Shown: positions 45,867 to 56,595, counted from the first letter of the stretch. The stretch is DNA of 64,000 bases from an uncultured Clostridia bacterium (GCA_944384415.1 CALWTF010000018.1:2605-66604), one strand, 5' to 3'. Translations and numbers: made by a program. Notes: generated by a model from the sequence alone, not told the origin.

Positions 45867-48800
45867 ATGAGTTTTAAAAGAATTGAAGTTTCGGGTTTTA
45901 AATCTTTTGCCGATAAACTTAACATAAATTTTGATAAAGGTGTTACAGCAATTGTTGGTCCTAATGGTTGCGGAAAAAGTAATGTTGCTGATGCAATAAG
46001 ATGGGTTTTGGGTGAACAAAGCCCAAAACTTTTGCGTGGTTCAAATATGCAAGATGTTATTTTTAAAGGAAGTGAAAGCAGAAAAAGTTTATCATATTGT
46101 GAAGTTTCTCTTGTGTTTGATAATACCGACCACACATTTAACACTGATTATGATGAAGTTGTTATTACAAGAAAATTATTTCGTTCAGGTGAAAGAGAAT
46201 ATGCTTTAAACAGAACGCCTTGTTTATTAAAAGATATTACTAATTTATTACACGATAGTGGAATAGGGCGTGATGGTTATTCGATTATTGGTCAGGGTAA
46301 AGTTGAAGAAATTATTAGCAGTAAGCCAGAAAATCGTAGGGCAATATTTGAAGAAGCTGCTGGTATCGCTAAGTTTAAAGCAAGAAAAGAAGAAGCAGAA
46401 AGAAAATTAGAAAGAACTCGTGATAATATAACCCGTATGCAAGATATAATGAGTGAAATTGAGCGTCAATTAGGGCCAATGAAAAAACAAGCAGAAGATG
46501 CTAAAAAGTATTTAACATATAAAGAAGAATTGAAAAATTTAGAAGTTAACAATTATATTTATCACTATGAAAGTGCAAATCAAGTTAAAGATGCTATACA
46601 AACAAAAATTAATGGTTTTAATGAGGAAGTGGCAATTAAAACTTCACAAATTGAAGATTGCAATGCAAGGCACGCTAAAAGTATGGAAAGTATAAAAGAA
46701 ATTGACCTTCAAATTAAAATGTTAAATGACCAAATTTTGACTTTAACTGTTGAGTTGGAAAAACAAGCTGGTGACCAAAGGCTTGCAAAAGAAAAAATGA
46801 CTTATATGCGTGAACAAATAGGAAGAATAACTCAAGAGTTAGAGGAAGAGCGAGCTAAATTTGAATCTATTAATAATATATTATTAGAAAAGCAAAACGA
46901 AAAACAAGAATATCAAAATTTATTAAATTCGTTACGAGCTAAAACTGATGAGGTTCAAAACATATACAGTCAAATTTGTGATGAATTACATATTGTTGAA
47001 AGTGAAGCTGATAATTCTCAAAAACAAATGTTTGACCAATTTGATAAAATTTCTGATATAAAGGCAAAATCTTCAAGATTAGATGCTGAAGCTAATTCGT
47101 TAATTGAAAGAAGTGATGAATTAGGGGCAAGAGAAGAATTGGTAAATGATAAGTTACAACTTTCTTTAAAGGCTGAAAAACAAGCACAAGAAGATAGGGA
47201 TAAAACTGAAATTGAGCGTAAGCAAGCAAATGATAAGTTATTAGCTTACAAGGAGAATTTAGCACAGGTTGTTGCACAAACAAAAGAAAAACAAATGCAA
47301 TTAGCTGATAATTTGAATAAGTTGGCTATTCTTCAAAGTCGAGAAAAAATGCTTAAAGAAATGCACGCAGAATATGAAGGCTTTAATGGAACGGTTAAGC
47401 GTTTGCTTGTAGATAGTTCAAAAGATTCGGTATTAAAACGAAATATAGTTGGTGTTGTTGCTGAATTAATAAAGGTTCCAAGTCAGTATGAAACAGCAAT
47501 TGAAATGGCATTGGGTTCAGGTGTTCAAAATGTTGTTACAAAAAGTGAAGAAGATGCAAAATATTTGGTTCAATATTTAAAATCAAAAAATTATGGTCGT
47601 GCAACTTTTTTACCTATTAATTCACTTAAACCAAGATACATACCTTCTCAACACTTAAGTTTATTAAATTCAAAAGGTTGCTTTGGTGTTGCTAACGAGC
47701 TTATAGAATATGACAAAAGTCTTGAGCCGGTTTTTAAAGGATTGCTTGGTTCAACTGTTATTGTGGATAATATGGAAACCGCTGTTTCAATGGCTAAACA
47801 AAGTTCTTTTTCATTTAAAATTGTTACACTTGAAGGGGATATTATTAACCCAGCTGGTTCAATAACTGGTGGAAGCAAAAAAACAGAAATTAATAATTTA
47901 CTTTCTCGTGAACGAGAAATAGAAACGATTGGTGATAAAATAAAAGAGCTTGCTAATAATGTTGAATTAATGCAAAATTCGGTAACAAAGCATCAATCTA
48001 AAATAGAAGAGCTTAATTTAAGCATTGAACAAATAGTTAACGAACTACACAATTGTGATGTTAACTTAGCAAATAAAGAAACTTTACTTGATAGTAAAAA
48101 GGAACTTAGTGCAGAATTATCAAAAGAACTTGCCGAAATAAAAGAAGAGCAGGCAAAACTTTTAGCAAAAAAAGAATTTATTGATTCTGAAATTGCAAAC
48201 ATTAAAACCTTGGAAAAAACAAATGGAATTGATGTTAAAAATACTGGTTCTTTGCGTTTGCAAAGGAATGAACAGCTTCGGGTTCAACGCGAAAAATTAT
48301 CTGAACAATTAACCGAACTTCGTGTTGAAATTGCAACAAAAGAAAGTGAAATTTCTTCCTTAGATGCAGACATTGTAAGGTTATTAAGTGAACAATCAAT
48401 GTTAAGTGATAGTATTGATGAAAATAACAGTTTATTAGCAAAAAACACTCAAACACTTGAAACTGCTATTCAGCTTGATGCTAATAAAGATATTGAGCGA
48501 ATGGGAAAAGATGAACAAGAAGTAGCAGATGTGCGAAATAAAATTGTTGAACTTGAACAAACAAAAGAAAAAATACACGCATTGTTAAATGTAATAGCAG
48601 AGGAGCGAGAGCGTATTTCTGTAGAAATGAATAAAGCACAAGAACGGGTTTATCAGGAAGAGGCAAAACTTAGTCAAATTGATATTAACATTGAAACAAT
48701 GAAAGATAAAATTTTTGAAGATTATGAATTAACATATAACACAGCACTTGATTTAAAAGTTGAAAATTATGATAATGTTGAGGGTCAAAAGCGAATTAAT

Positions 48801-49439
48801 GAATTGAAAAAATCTATAAGTGCACTTGGTTATGTTAATGTTAATGCAATTGAAGATAGTAAATTATTAGATGAAAGATATCAAGAATATACTGTTGGAA
48901 TGGACGATTTAACAAAAACAGAAAGTGATGTTCTTTCTATAATAAAAGAATTAAGTGAACAAATGACAGTTAAATTTGAAACTGAGTTTGAAAAAATTAA
49001 TAACAATTTCTCTCGAATTTTCCGTGAATTATTTGGGGGCGGTAACGCTAGATTAATTTTAACAGAAAGTGATGATATATTAACAGCTGGAATTGATATT
49101 ATTGCTGAGCCACCAGGAAAGAAACTTCAAAGTTTAAGTTTATTAAGTGGTGGTGAAAAAGCTTTAACAGCAATTGCAATTTTATTTGCAATTTTGAAGC
49201 TTCGTCCAATGCCATTCTGTTTATTAGATGAAATTGAAGCTGCATTAGATGATGCAAATGTTGAAAGATTTGCAAAATATTTACACAATTTTGCGCAAGA
49301 TACGCAGTTTATTGTTATAACTCACCGTAAACCTACAATGGAATTAGCAGATAGTTTGTTTGGTGTAACTATGGAAGAAAAAGGTGTAAGTAAGGTTGTT
49401 AGTGTTAAACTTAGTGATGCAATTCAAACAGCAAAATAA
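45867..49439 (+). CDS. smc: Chromosome segregation protein SMC
   Basis: 1190 aa. N-terminal Walker A GPNGCGKSN, long coiled coils, a hinge, C-terminal LSGGEKALTAIA signature, and Walker B CLLDEIEAALD. Confidence 0.95.
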   Translation: MSFKRIEVSGFKSFADKLNINFDKGVTAIVGPNGCGKSNVADAIRWVLGEQSPKLLRGSNMQDVIFKGSESRKSLSYCEVSLVFDNTDHTFNTDYDEVVITRKLFRSGEREYALNRTPCLLKDITNLLHDSGIGRDGYSIIGQGKVEEIISSKPENRRAIFEEAAGIAKFKARKEEAERKLERTRDNITRMQDIMSEIERQLGPMKKQAEDAKKYLTYKEELKNLEVNNYIYHYESANQVKDAIQTKINGFNEEVAIKTSQIEDCNARHAKSMESIKEIDLQIKMLNDQILTLTVELEKQAGDQRLAKEKMTYMREQIGRITQELEEERAKFESINNILLEKQNEKQEYQNLLNSLRAKTDEVQNIYSQICDELHIVESEADNSQKQMFDQFDKISDIKAKSSRLDAEANSLIERSDELGAREELVNDKLQLSLKAEKQAQEDRDKTEIERKQANDKLLAYKENLAQVVAQTKEKQMQLADNLNKLAILQSREKMLKEMHAEYEGFNGTVKRLLVDSSKDSVLKRNIVGVVAELIKVPSQYETAIEMALGSGVQNVVTKSEEDAKYLVQYLKSKNYGRATFLPINSLKPRYIPSQHLSLLNSKGCFGVANELIEYDKSLEPVFKGLLGSTVIVDNMETAVSMAKQSSFSFKIVTLEGDIINPAGSITGGSKKTEINNLLSREREIETIGDKIKELANNVELMQNSVTKHQSKIEELNLSIEQIVNELHNCDVNLANKETLLDSKKELSAELSKELAEIKEEQAKLLAKKEFIDSEIANIKTLEKTNGIDVKNTGSLRLQRNEQLRVQREKLSEQLTELRVEIATKESEISSLDADIVRLLSEQSMLSDSIDENNSLLAKNTQTLETAIQLDANKDIERMGKDEQEVADVRNKIVELEQTKEKIHALLNVIAEERERISVEMNKAQERVYQEEAKLSQIDINIETMKDKIFEDYELTYNTALDLKVENYDNVEGQKRINELKKSISALGYVNVNAIEDSKLLDERYQEYTVGMDDLTKTESDVLSIIKELSEQMTVKFETEFEKINNNFSRIFRELFGGGNARLILTESDDILTAGIDIIAEPPGKKLQSLSLLSGGEKALTAIAILFAILKLRPMPFCLLDEIEAALDDANVERFAKYLHNFAQDTQFIVITHRKPTMELADSLFGVTMEEKGVSKVVSVKLSDAIQTAK

Positions 49440-49465
49440 TTATTAGCTAATTTGTTGGAGAAATT

Positions 49466-50023
49466 ATGAAAATTATTACTAAGTTAAATAATTTAAAAAT
49501 AGAAACAGAAAAAACAATTATAAAATTATTTCAAACTTACCATATTAGTCAGATAGCCAAAATATGTAATAATCCAAATTTATCAAAAAATTTATTAAAT
49601 ATGCCTTATCCTTTTACAATTAAAAATGCTAAAGCTTGGGTTAAAAATTCTAAAAAATTATTGAAAATAGGAAACTCTTTAAGTTTTGCAATAATTGAAA
49701 AACACAACAATGAATTGATTGGTAGTATTGCATTAGAAAATTTAAATAAAACACATCGAAATGCTGAAATAAGTTATTGGATAGATGAAAAAAATTGGAA
49801 TAAGGGTTACGCAACAGAAGTTTTAAAAGCTGTTGTTGAATTTGGTTTTAAAAAATTAAATTTACATCGAATTATAGGAAAATGTTATGTTGAAAACATA
49901 GCAAGTGCTAAAGTGATGGAAAAGTGTGGTTTTGTGTTTGAGGGAACATTAAAAGAACATTATTTTAAATTAGATAAGTATAAAGATATAAAAATGTATG
50001 CAATAATAAATAAAAACTGTTAG
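49466..50023 (+). CDS. GNAT N-acetyltransferase (RimJ/RimL-like)
   Basis: AEISYWIDEKNWNKGYATE and NIASAKVMEKCGF motifs typical of the RimJ/RimL-type GNAT family. Confidence 0.8.
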   Translation: MKIITKLNNLKIETEKTIIKLFQTYHISQIAKICNNPNLSKNLLNMPYPFTIKNAKAWVKNSKKLLKIGNSLSFAIIEKHNNELIGSIALENLNKTHRNAEISYWIDEKNWNKGYATEVLKAVVEFGFKKLNLHRIIGKCYVENIASAKVMEKCGFVFEGTLKEHYFKLDKYKDIKMYAIINKNC

Positions 50024-50030
50024 GTGTATT

Positions 50031-50927
50031 ATGGGATTTTTTAGTAAAATAAAAGAAGCTTTTAAAAAAACAAAAACAGCAATAGACAATAAATTGCTTT
50101 CAGTGTTTTCAAAGGGAAAACTTGATGATGAATTTTTTGATGAACTTGAATTTGCTTTGATATCTGCTGATATGGGTGCTTCAACTTCTGAAGAGATAGT
50201 AAAAAAACTACGAGCAGTTTCTGCAAAGCGCAAGTTACGAAATCAAGAAGATGTAAAGCAAGTATTGCGTGAAATTATGGTTGAAATTTTAAATGAAAAT
50301 GAATTACCTGAAATTGAATATCCTTTAGTAATAATGGTGGTAGGTGTGAATGGTGTTGGAAAAACAACAACTATTGGTAAACTTGCTAATTATTATAAGA
50401 ATATGGGAAAAAATGTTCTTTTGGTTGCAGGAGATACATTTAGAGCGGCAGCGGCAGAACAGTTAACAGAATGGGCTAAAAGGGTTAATGTAAAAATCAT
50501 AAAAAACAACGAGGGTAGTGACCCAGCAAGTGTTGTTTTTGATGGTATAACAAGTGCAAAAGCCAAAGGTAACGATGTTGTAATTATTGATACAGCAGGG
50601 CGACTTCATAATAAAGTTAATTTAATGGAAGAGCTAAAAAAGATTTCTAAAATTGTATCAACAAAATGGGAAGATGTTTGTTATAAAAAATTTTTAGTAC
50701 TAGATGCTACAACAGGGCAAAATGCATTAAGTCAGGTTGAGTATTTTGATGAAGCTATTGATATTGATGGTTTAGTACTTACTAAACTTGATGGAACTGC
50801 AAAAGGTGGCGTTGTTTTGGCAATTTCAAAAGAATATAATGTGCCTGTTACATTTATTGGAACGGGTGAAGGTGTTGATGACATTGAACCATTTAATGCA
50901 GAAGAATTTATAAAAGCAATTATTTAG
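50031..50927 (+). CDS. ftsY: Signal recognition particle receptor FtsY (short form)
   Basis: GVNGVGKTTTIGKLA, GDTFRAAA, DTAGRLHNK, and TKLDGTAKGG motifs. Confidence 0.95.
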   Translation: MGFFSKIKEAFKKTKTAIDNKLLSVFSKGKLDDEFFDELEFALISADMGASTSEEIVKKLRAVSAKRKLRNQEDVKQVLREIMVEILNENELPEIEYPLVIMVVGVNGVGKTTTIGKLANYYKNMGKNVLLVAGDTFRAAAAEQLTEWAKRVNVKIIKNNEGSDPASVVFDGITSAKAKGNDVVIIDTAGRLHNKVNLMEELKKISKIVSTKWEDVCYKKFLVLDATTGQNALSQVEYFDEAIDIDGLVLTKLDGTAKGGVVLAISKEYNVPVTFIGTGEGVDDIEPFNAEEFIKAII

Positions 50928-50942
50928 TAATTAAATTAAAAA

Positions 50943-50970
50943 AGAGGGTTAAATTGTATCCTCTTTTTTA
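50943..50970 (+). terminator. Rho-independent terminator after ftsY
   Basis: AGAGGGT-8 nt-ATCCTCT stem (one G:U pair) followed by a T-run. Confidence 0.65.
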
Positions 50971-51079
50971 TTTTTTAGTATTATGCAAGTACTATGCAAA
51001 GTGCTATGCATTTTGATTTTGTGAATAGTTTTATGAATATAAAGGGCAAAATTGAAATATGTACTTTTTTAGTAAAATT

Positions 51080-51823
51080 TTAAATTTTTGGTTCAAAATC
51101 TTGAAAAATAATGTTATCAACAAATTTTACTTTATCTAAATATTGTTTTTGAGATTTTACTGTCCACCCTAGAAGTGGAAGATTTTTATATTTATTAACA
51201 AATCGATTAGGTAAATTTTCAATGTTATAAGATATAAAATTAGGTTTTGCATTTTTATTTAAAAACATCCGTTTTAAAATATATCTTCTAAACCACGATT
51301 TTGGTGTGTCTGGGTCATTTTTATTAAAAAATGAACTTAAAATTCCACGCCAATATTCGGGTGCATTTTTAGCAAACCAAGCAAGTGAAAATGGATTAAA
51401 AGATTGTATTGCTAACTCTCCCTTATATTCACGCATAAGTTTTAAAAGTTGTTTTTCTAATTTACAATCGTTTAATGAAAAATCTTTTATTTCTATTAAA
51501 ATTGGTGTTCTACCATTTACTAAATCAAAAACTTGCTTTAAAGTAGGAATGGTTTCATTTGATTTTCCTAGTTTATAATCTTTTAACTTTTCTAGTGTAA
51601 GATTTTTTGTATATCCATCTTTTCCTGTCATTCTACTTAATTCTTTATCGTGAAAAACAATTATGGTATCATCAGCAATTATATGAACATCAAGTTCAAT
51701 AGCATATCCTTTTTCAATTGCTCGTTCAAATGATTTTAACGAATTTTCAGGAGCATCAGAATAATTAAAAAATCCACGATGTGCAATTGGTTTATTAACA
51801 ATCCAACTATTAAAAATATCCAT
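51080..51823 (-). CDS. Glycerophosphodiester phosphodiesterase family protein
   Basis: AHRGF...APENSLKSFERAIEKGYAIELDVH is the GDPD catalytic motif. Confidence 0.85.
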   Translation of the reverse strand: MDIFNSWIVNKPIAHRGFFNYSDAPENSLKSFERAIEKGYAIELDVHIIADDTIIVFHDKELSRMTGKDGYTKNLTLEKLKDYKLGKSNETIPTLKQVFDLVNGRTPILIEIKDFSLNDCKLEKQLLKLMREYKGELAIQSFNPFSLAWFAKNAPEYWRGILSSFFNKNDPDTPKSWFRRYILKRMFLNKNAKPNFISYNIENLPNRFVNKYKNLPLLGWTVKSQKQYLDKVKFVDNIIFQDFEPKI

Positions 51824-51921
51824 TACAAAAACTCCAAATAATTTTATACCATAATTTTATCATTTCTATTTATTTATTGCTAGCAATTTAAATAACTTTA
51901 TATCAAATTATTTTAATTCTA

Positions 51922-51951
51922 TTGCAAAATTACCTTTTTTTTTGATATAAT
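51922..51951 (+). promoter_or_regulatory. Promoter upstream of lepA (TTGCAA-18 nt-TGaTATAAT, extended -10)
   Basis: TTGCAA at 51922-51927, TG at 51943-51944, and TATAAT at 51946-51951. Confidence 0.55.
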
Positions 51952-51979
51952 GTTGATACTAATTAAAAGGAAACTAAAA

Positions 51980-53779
51980 ATGACAGATAGGCAAAAATTT
52001 ATTCGCAATTTTTGTATAGTTGCGCACATAGACCACGGGAAAAGCACATTAGCTGATAGATTAATTGAAAAAACTGGTACATTACAATCTCGTGATATTA
52101 CAAATCAAATTTTAGATAGTATGGATTTAGAGCGTGAGCGTGGAATAACAATAAAACTAACTCCAACTAGAATGAAGTATAAAAAAGGTGAGCAAGAATA
52201 TATTTTAAATTTAATTGATACACCAGGTCATGTTGACTTTACATATGAAGTAAGCCGTTCTCTTGCTGCTTGTGAAGGTGCCATTTTGATTGTAGATGCT
52301 GGTCAAGGCGTTGAAGCTCAAACATTAGCAAATGTTTATTTAGCTTTAGATAATAACTTAGAAATTTTACCTGTTATTAATAAAATTGATTTACCAAGTG
52401 CTAATCCAGAAAAAGTTAAGCAAGAAATTGAAGAAGTAATTGGAATACCAGCAATGCACGCTCCTGAAATTTCGGCTAAAGAAGGAATAAACATAGAACA
52501 AGTTTTAGATGCAATTATTTCTGAATTTCCAGCACCAAAAGGAAATGAAGATGCTCCTTTAAAGTGTCTTGTTTTTGATAGTTATTATGATAATTTTAAA
52601 GGTGCTATATGTTTAGTTCGAGTATTTGATGGAAGTGTAAAAGTTGGTGATAAAATAAAGTTTATGCAAGGTGGAAATCGGTTTGATGTTACTGAGGTTG
52701 GCTATTTTACACCATCTCCTAAACCTACTAACTGCCTTATGGCGGGTGATGTAGGTTATATTGCCGCTAGTATAAAAACTGTAAGTGAAGCTCATGTTGG
52801 CGATACAATTACAAATGCAGATAATCCTACCGAAAAAGCGTTGCCAGGTTATAAGCAAGTTATGCCTGTTGTTTTTTCAGGGGTTTTTCCTGTTGATGGT
52901 AATAAATATGGCGAACTTAAGGACGCTTTAGAAAAACTTCAATTAAATGATAGTTCACTTGAATTTCAACCTGAAACCAGTGTAGCATTAGGATATGGTT
53001 TTAGATGCGGTTTTTTAGGTTTATTACATATGGAAGTTATTCAAGAAAGACTAGAGCGTGAATTTAATCTTGACATTATAACAACAGCACCTGGTGTTAG
53101 TTATAATGTTTATAAAACCGATGGTTCAGTTTTGCAAGTTAGCAATCCAAGCAATTTACCTCCTGCAACAGAAATTGAGTATATGGAAGAACCTTTTGTA
53201 AAGATGAGTATTTTTACACCTCCTGAATATATGGGGTCTATAATGGATTTATGTCAACAACGACGAGGTGTTAGTGTTGATGTTCAGTATTTAGATGATA
53301 AGCGAGTGAGAATGGAATATGAAATTCCTTTAAATGAAATTATATATGATTTTTTTGATAGCCTTAAAAGTAGAACTCGTGGTTATGCAAGTTTAGATTA
53401 TGAAATAAGCGGTTATAAGCAAAGTCATTTAGTTAAGCTTGACCTTATGTTAAATGGTGAAGTTTGTGATGCATTATCATTAATTGTTCATAAAGATAAA
53501 GCGTATGAGCGTGGAAAAGCAATTGCAGAAAAATTAAAAGATGTTATTCCAAGGCAACAGTTTGAAATTCCAATTCAAGCAGCTGTTGGTGGAAAAATTA
53601 TTGCAAGGGAAACTGTAAAAGCTGTTAGGAAAGATGTTTTAGCCAAATGTTATGGTGGTGATATAACAAGAAAACGAAAACTACTTGAAAAGCAAAAAGA
53701 AGGTAAAAAGAAAATGCGAATGCTTGGCACAGTTGAGGTTCCTTCTGATGCTTTTATATCCATTTTAAAAATTGATTAG
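51980..53779 (+). CDS. lepA: Translation elongation factor 4 (LepA)
   Basis: [29 protein letters not shown], and NKIDL. The LepA-specific C-terminal domain ends ...[13 protein letters not shown]. Start set at ATG 51980. Confidence 0.95.
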   Translation: MTDRQKFIRNFCIVAHIDHGKSTLADRLIEKTGTLQSRDITNQILDSMDLERERGITIKLTPTRMKYKKGEQEYILNLIDTPGHVDFTYEVSRSLAACEGAILIVDAGQGVEAQTLANVYLALDNNLEILPVINKIDLPSANPEKVKQEIEEVIGIPAMHAPEISAKEGINIEQVLDAIISEFPAPKGNEDAPLKCLVFDSYYDNFKGAICLVRVFDGSVKVGDKIKFMQGGNRFDVTEVGYFTPSPKPTNCLMAGDVGYIAASIKTVSEAHVGDTITNADNPTEKALPGYKQVMPVVFSGVFPVDGNKYGELKDALEKLQLNDSSLEFQPETSVALGYGFRCGFLGLLHMEVIQERLEREFNLDIITTAPGVSYNVYKTDGSVLQVSNPSNLPPATEIEYMEEPFVKMSIFTPPEYMGSIMDLCQQRRGVSVDVQYLDDKRVRMEYEIPLNEIIYDFFDSLKSRTRGYASLDYEISGYKQSHLVKLDLMLNGEVCDALSLIVHKDKAYERGKAIAEKLKDVIPRQQFEIPIQAAVGGKIIARETVKAVRKDVLAKCYGGDITRKRKLLEKQKEGKKKMRMLGTVEVPSDAFISILKID

Positions 53780-53834
53780 CATTTTAAATTAAACAAAAAT
53801 AAAAATTTTTTATATAAATTTAAAGGTTAAAATT

Positions 53835-54950
53835 ATGAAGGGAATTTCGCTTTATATACATATTCCGTTTTGTAAATCAAAATGTTCATATTGCAATTTT
53901 GTTTCTTATACTAATTGTGAAAAATTTTTTGATAAATATATTAATTCACTAATCAAAGAGATAAAAATTCGAAGTAAAGAGTGTAAAAATTGTGAAATAA
54001 AAACCATATATGTTGGTGGTGGCACACCATCAATTCTTCCATTAGGCAGTATTTCAAAAATTGTAAATAGCATCAAGAAAAGTTTTTTAGTTGTAGAAAA
54101 CGCTGAAATAACTGTTGAAGCTAATCCAAATTCTTTAACATTAGAAAAAGCTATTGAGTGGCAAAAATGTGGAGTAAATCGTGTTAGTGTGGGCTTGCAA
54201 GCATCTAATAAAAAATTATTGAAAATATTAAAAAGACCACATAATTATAAAGATTTTGAAAATGCAATATGTTTTTTAAAAAAGGCTGGTATTTATAATA
54301 TAAGTGCAGATATTATGATTGGGCTACCTAAACAAAATTGGTTTGATGTTAGGAAAACTTTAAAAAAAGTTTTTAAAAATTATGTAACACATATATCAGC
54401 ATATGGATTAATTTTAGAGGAGAATACACCATTATTTGATGAAGTAAAAAAAGGTAAATATAAAATGCCAAGTGATAATAAGTCAGTTATGATTTACAAA
54501 AAAACTTGCAAAAAACTTGAAAAAAATGGATTTTTACAATATGAAATTAGCAATTTTTCACAAAAAGGTTTTGAAAGTAAGCATAATTTAAACTATTGGA
54601 ACCGTGGAGAATTTATTGGTTTTGGTGTTGGTGCATTTAGTTTTTTTGATGGTGTTCACTGGGAAAATACTGAACAATTAAACCAGTATTTAAAAAATCC
54701 TAATAATAAATTAAATATAGAAAAGGAAACTTTGGATTCTGCAAAAAAAGAATTTATTATGTTGTCGTTAAGAACAACAAAAGGTTTAAATATTTTCGAA
54801 TACACAAAAAGATTTAAAACGCATTTTATTAAAGATTATGAAAAACAAATATTAAAACTTTTAAAAAACAGAAGCATAGTTGTGTTTGATGGTTATGTTA
54901 AAGTTTTAAAACCAGAAATTTTAAATTTAATTATTCAAGAATTTTTTTAA
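53835..54950 (+). CDS. hemW: Radical SAM heme chaperone HemW (oxygen-independent coproporphyrinogen oxidase-like)
   Basis: LYIHIPFCKSKCSYCNF radical SAM C-x3-C-x2-C motif, plus YVGGGTPS. Lies downstream of lepA as in many Firmicutes. Confidence 0.85.
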   Translation: MKGISLYIHIPFCKSKCSYCNFVSYTNCEKFFDKYINSLIKEIKIRSKECKNCEIKTIYVGGGTPSILPLGSISKIVNSIKKSFLVVENAEITVEANPNSLTLEKAIEWQKCGVNRVSVGLQASNKKLLKILKRPHNYKDFENAICFLKKAGIYNISADIMIGLPKQNWFDVRKTLKKVFKNYVTHISAYGLILEENTPLFDEVKKGKYKMPSDNKSVMIYKKTCKKLEKNGFLQYEISNFSQKGFESKHNLNYWNRGEFIGFGVGAFSFFDGVHWENTEQLNQYLKNPNNKLNIEKETLDSAKKEFIMLSLRTTKGLNIFEYTKRFKTHFIKDYEKQILKLLKNRSIVVFDGYVKVLKPEILNLIIQEFF

Positions 54951-55022
54951 TTAAAATTGGGTATTGATTTTTTTTAAAAACTATGATAGACTAACAGCAG
55001 TATGAATTTAAGGGGTGTTGTT

Positions 55023-55277
55023 ATGAGCAATAAAACAGAGCAAATTAAAGATTATGTTGAAACTATTGAAGATGTAAAAAATCATTATAGGTTTTCTTAT
55101 GTAAGGCCTTATAGTTCATTTGCTCCTGAAATGAAAAAGGTTAAACCAATTCCTCAATATGTTTCAAGTTTAAATTCATTTAAGCTTTATGTTCCGCCAA
55201 TCAGTAAAATTTCAAATATGGTAGAAGAAGAGGCATCTAAAAATTTAGAAAGTTCAGAATTATCAAAAAATATGTAA
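55023..55277 (+). CDS. Hypothetical small protein (84 aa)
   Basis: ATG behind AAGGGGTG. Own terminator downstream. No motif recognised. Confidence 0.35.
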   Translation: MSNKTEQIKDYVETIEDVKNHYRFSYVRPYSSFAPEMKKVKPIPQYVSSLNSFKLYVPPISKISNMVEEEASKNLESSELSKNM

Positions 55278-55312
55278 TGAACTTTTCGTACAATAAGTTT
55301 TAGCATCTAAAT

Positions 55313-55341
55313 AAACAAGTCTTTTTAGACTTGTTTTTTTG
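55313..55341 (+). terminator. Rho-independent terminator
   Basis: AAACAAGTCT-tttt-AGACTTGTTT followed by a T-run. Confidence 0.8.
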
Positions 55342-55389
55342 TTTATAAAAAAAATTTAAAAAAATTTAAAAAATTTTGGCATTTAGTGG

Positions 55390-55418
55390 TTGACAAATAA
55401 AAAAACGCATAATATAAT
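55390..55418 (+). promoter_or_regulatory. Consensus sigma-A promoter of the hrcA-grpE-dnaK-dnaJ operon (TTGACA-17 nt-TATAAT)
   Basis: TTGACA at 55390-55395 and TATAAT at 55413-55418. Preceded by an A/T-rich UP-like tract. Confidence 0.8.
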
Positions 55419-55419
55419 A

Positions 55420-55446
55420 TTAGCAGTCTTACCAAACGAGTGCTAA
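55420..55446 (+). promoter_or_regulatory. CIRCE operator (HrcA binding site)
   Basis: TTAGCAGTC-N9-GAGTGCTAA against the consensus TTAGCACTC-N9-GAGTGCTAA (one mismatch). Starts 2 nt after the -10 hexamer. Confidence 0.9.
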
Positions 55447-55479
55447 CAATAATAGTACAATTAGTGCTAAGGGGGGATT

Positions 55480-56574
55480 TTGGAAAAAGAAGAATACACA
55501 AATTTAAGTGAAAGGAAAAAGCGGATTTTAATTTCTGCAGTAGAGGATTACATTCAACAAGCAAGCCCTATAACAAGCAGTGCTGTACAAAACAAATTTG
55601 AAGAAAAAATAAGTACGGCAACTTTACGAAATGAATTGAACGCTTTGGAAGCTATGGGTTTTTTGCGTCAAATACACACATCAGGTGGTAGAGTTCCAAC
55701 AAGTAAAGGTTATAGGTTTTATGTAAATTCAATGATGGGTGATATTCCTTTGGATAAAAAAGCATTAGCTGACATACAAACTTTATTTAATAATCGAACG
55801 GTTTATTTGGGTGATATTATAAATGAAATTGCTTCTGTTGTTAGTAAAGCAACAAATTATCCATCTGTAGTAATGTTACACGGATTTGAAAAGTTGGTCA
55901 TTAAAAATATAAAAATAATTCCTTTATTAACAGGCCAAGCTTTAATTTTAATTGAAACAAACAGTGGTGTTATAAATAATACTATGGATATAAAAAGCAC
56001 AGTAGTTATGCAAACTTTTACTGATGCTAGCAATTTTTTAACTCAAACATTTGCAAACCAAACAATTGCAAGTATGATTAAAAATATGAACGAATATAAA
56101 CAGTCTATGAAAAAGGAATTGTTAGAGTACAAAGAAATTTTTGATGCACTTTTAAAAGCATTTACAGGTTTAATTGAGGCATTGGAAAACAATTCAAAAA
56201 TTATAAGTTCGGGTGAGTTGAAATTATTGGAAAATCCCGAGTATACCGAAAATCCGGAAAAAGCGAAAAAAATTTTAAATGTTATGCACAATTCTGAAGA
56301 AATGTCTCAAGCGCTTAAACATGAAGTAGATGAAAAAAGTGTTCGTTTTAAAATAGGTTCGGAAATACCTGTTGAAGATTTGCAGGAATGTGCAATTGCT
56401 ACAACAGATTATGAAGTTGATGGTGAAAGTATTGCAAGTGTAGGAATTATTGGACCTCAACGAATGGATTATGCAAAAATAGCAAGTGCATTAAAATTTG
56501 TTGTTGGCGAATTTCAAAATATGAAGACACTTCAAAACAATGTTAATACTGATGAAAAGAATGACAATGATTAA
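55480..56574 (+). CDS. hrcA: Heat-inducible transcription repressor HrcA
   Basis: LSERKKRILISAVEDYIQQASPITSSAV winged-helix N-terminus. TTG start behind AAGGGGGG. First gene of the dnaK operon. Confidence 0.9.
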   Translation: MEKEEYTNLSERKKRILISAVEDYIQQASPITSSAVQNKFEEKISTATLRNELNALEAMGFLRQIHTSGGRVPTSKGYRFYVNSMMGDIPLDKKALADIQTLFNNRTVYLGDIINEIASVVSKATNYPSVVMLHGFEKLVIKNIKIIPLLTGQALILIETNSGVINNTMDIKSTVVMQTFTDASNFLTQTFANQTIASMIKNMNEYKQSMKKELLEYKEIFDALLKAFTGLIEALENNSKIISSGELKLLENPEYTENPEKAKKILNVMHNSEEMSQALKHEVDEKSVRFKIGSEIPVEDLQECAIATTDYEVDGESIASVGIIGPQRMDYAKIASALKFVVGEFQNMKTLQNNVNTDEKNDND

Positions 56575-56595
56575 AAAATTAAAAGGAAGTGAAAA

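Noticed and set aside
50982-51010. Three TATGCA motifs spaced 11-12 bp apart (TATGCAAGTAC TATGCAAAGTGC TATGCA) between the convergent ftsY and GDPD genes.
   Set aside because: The motif is short, lies in a terminator-flanked convergent spacer with no gene to regulate, and could easily arise by chance or slippage. I cannot support a function.
55345-55380. Short A/T direct repeats (AAAAAATTTAAAAAAATTTAAAAAATTTT) that might look like a repeat array.
   Set aside because: This is a simple A/T tract immediately upstream of the -35 of the hrcA promoter, so it is most simply an UP-element-like region. It is not a CRISPR or iteron array, and no CRISPR-like repeat-spacer structure was seen anywhere in the window.
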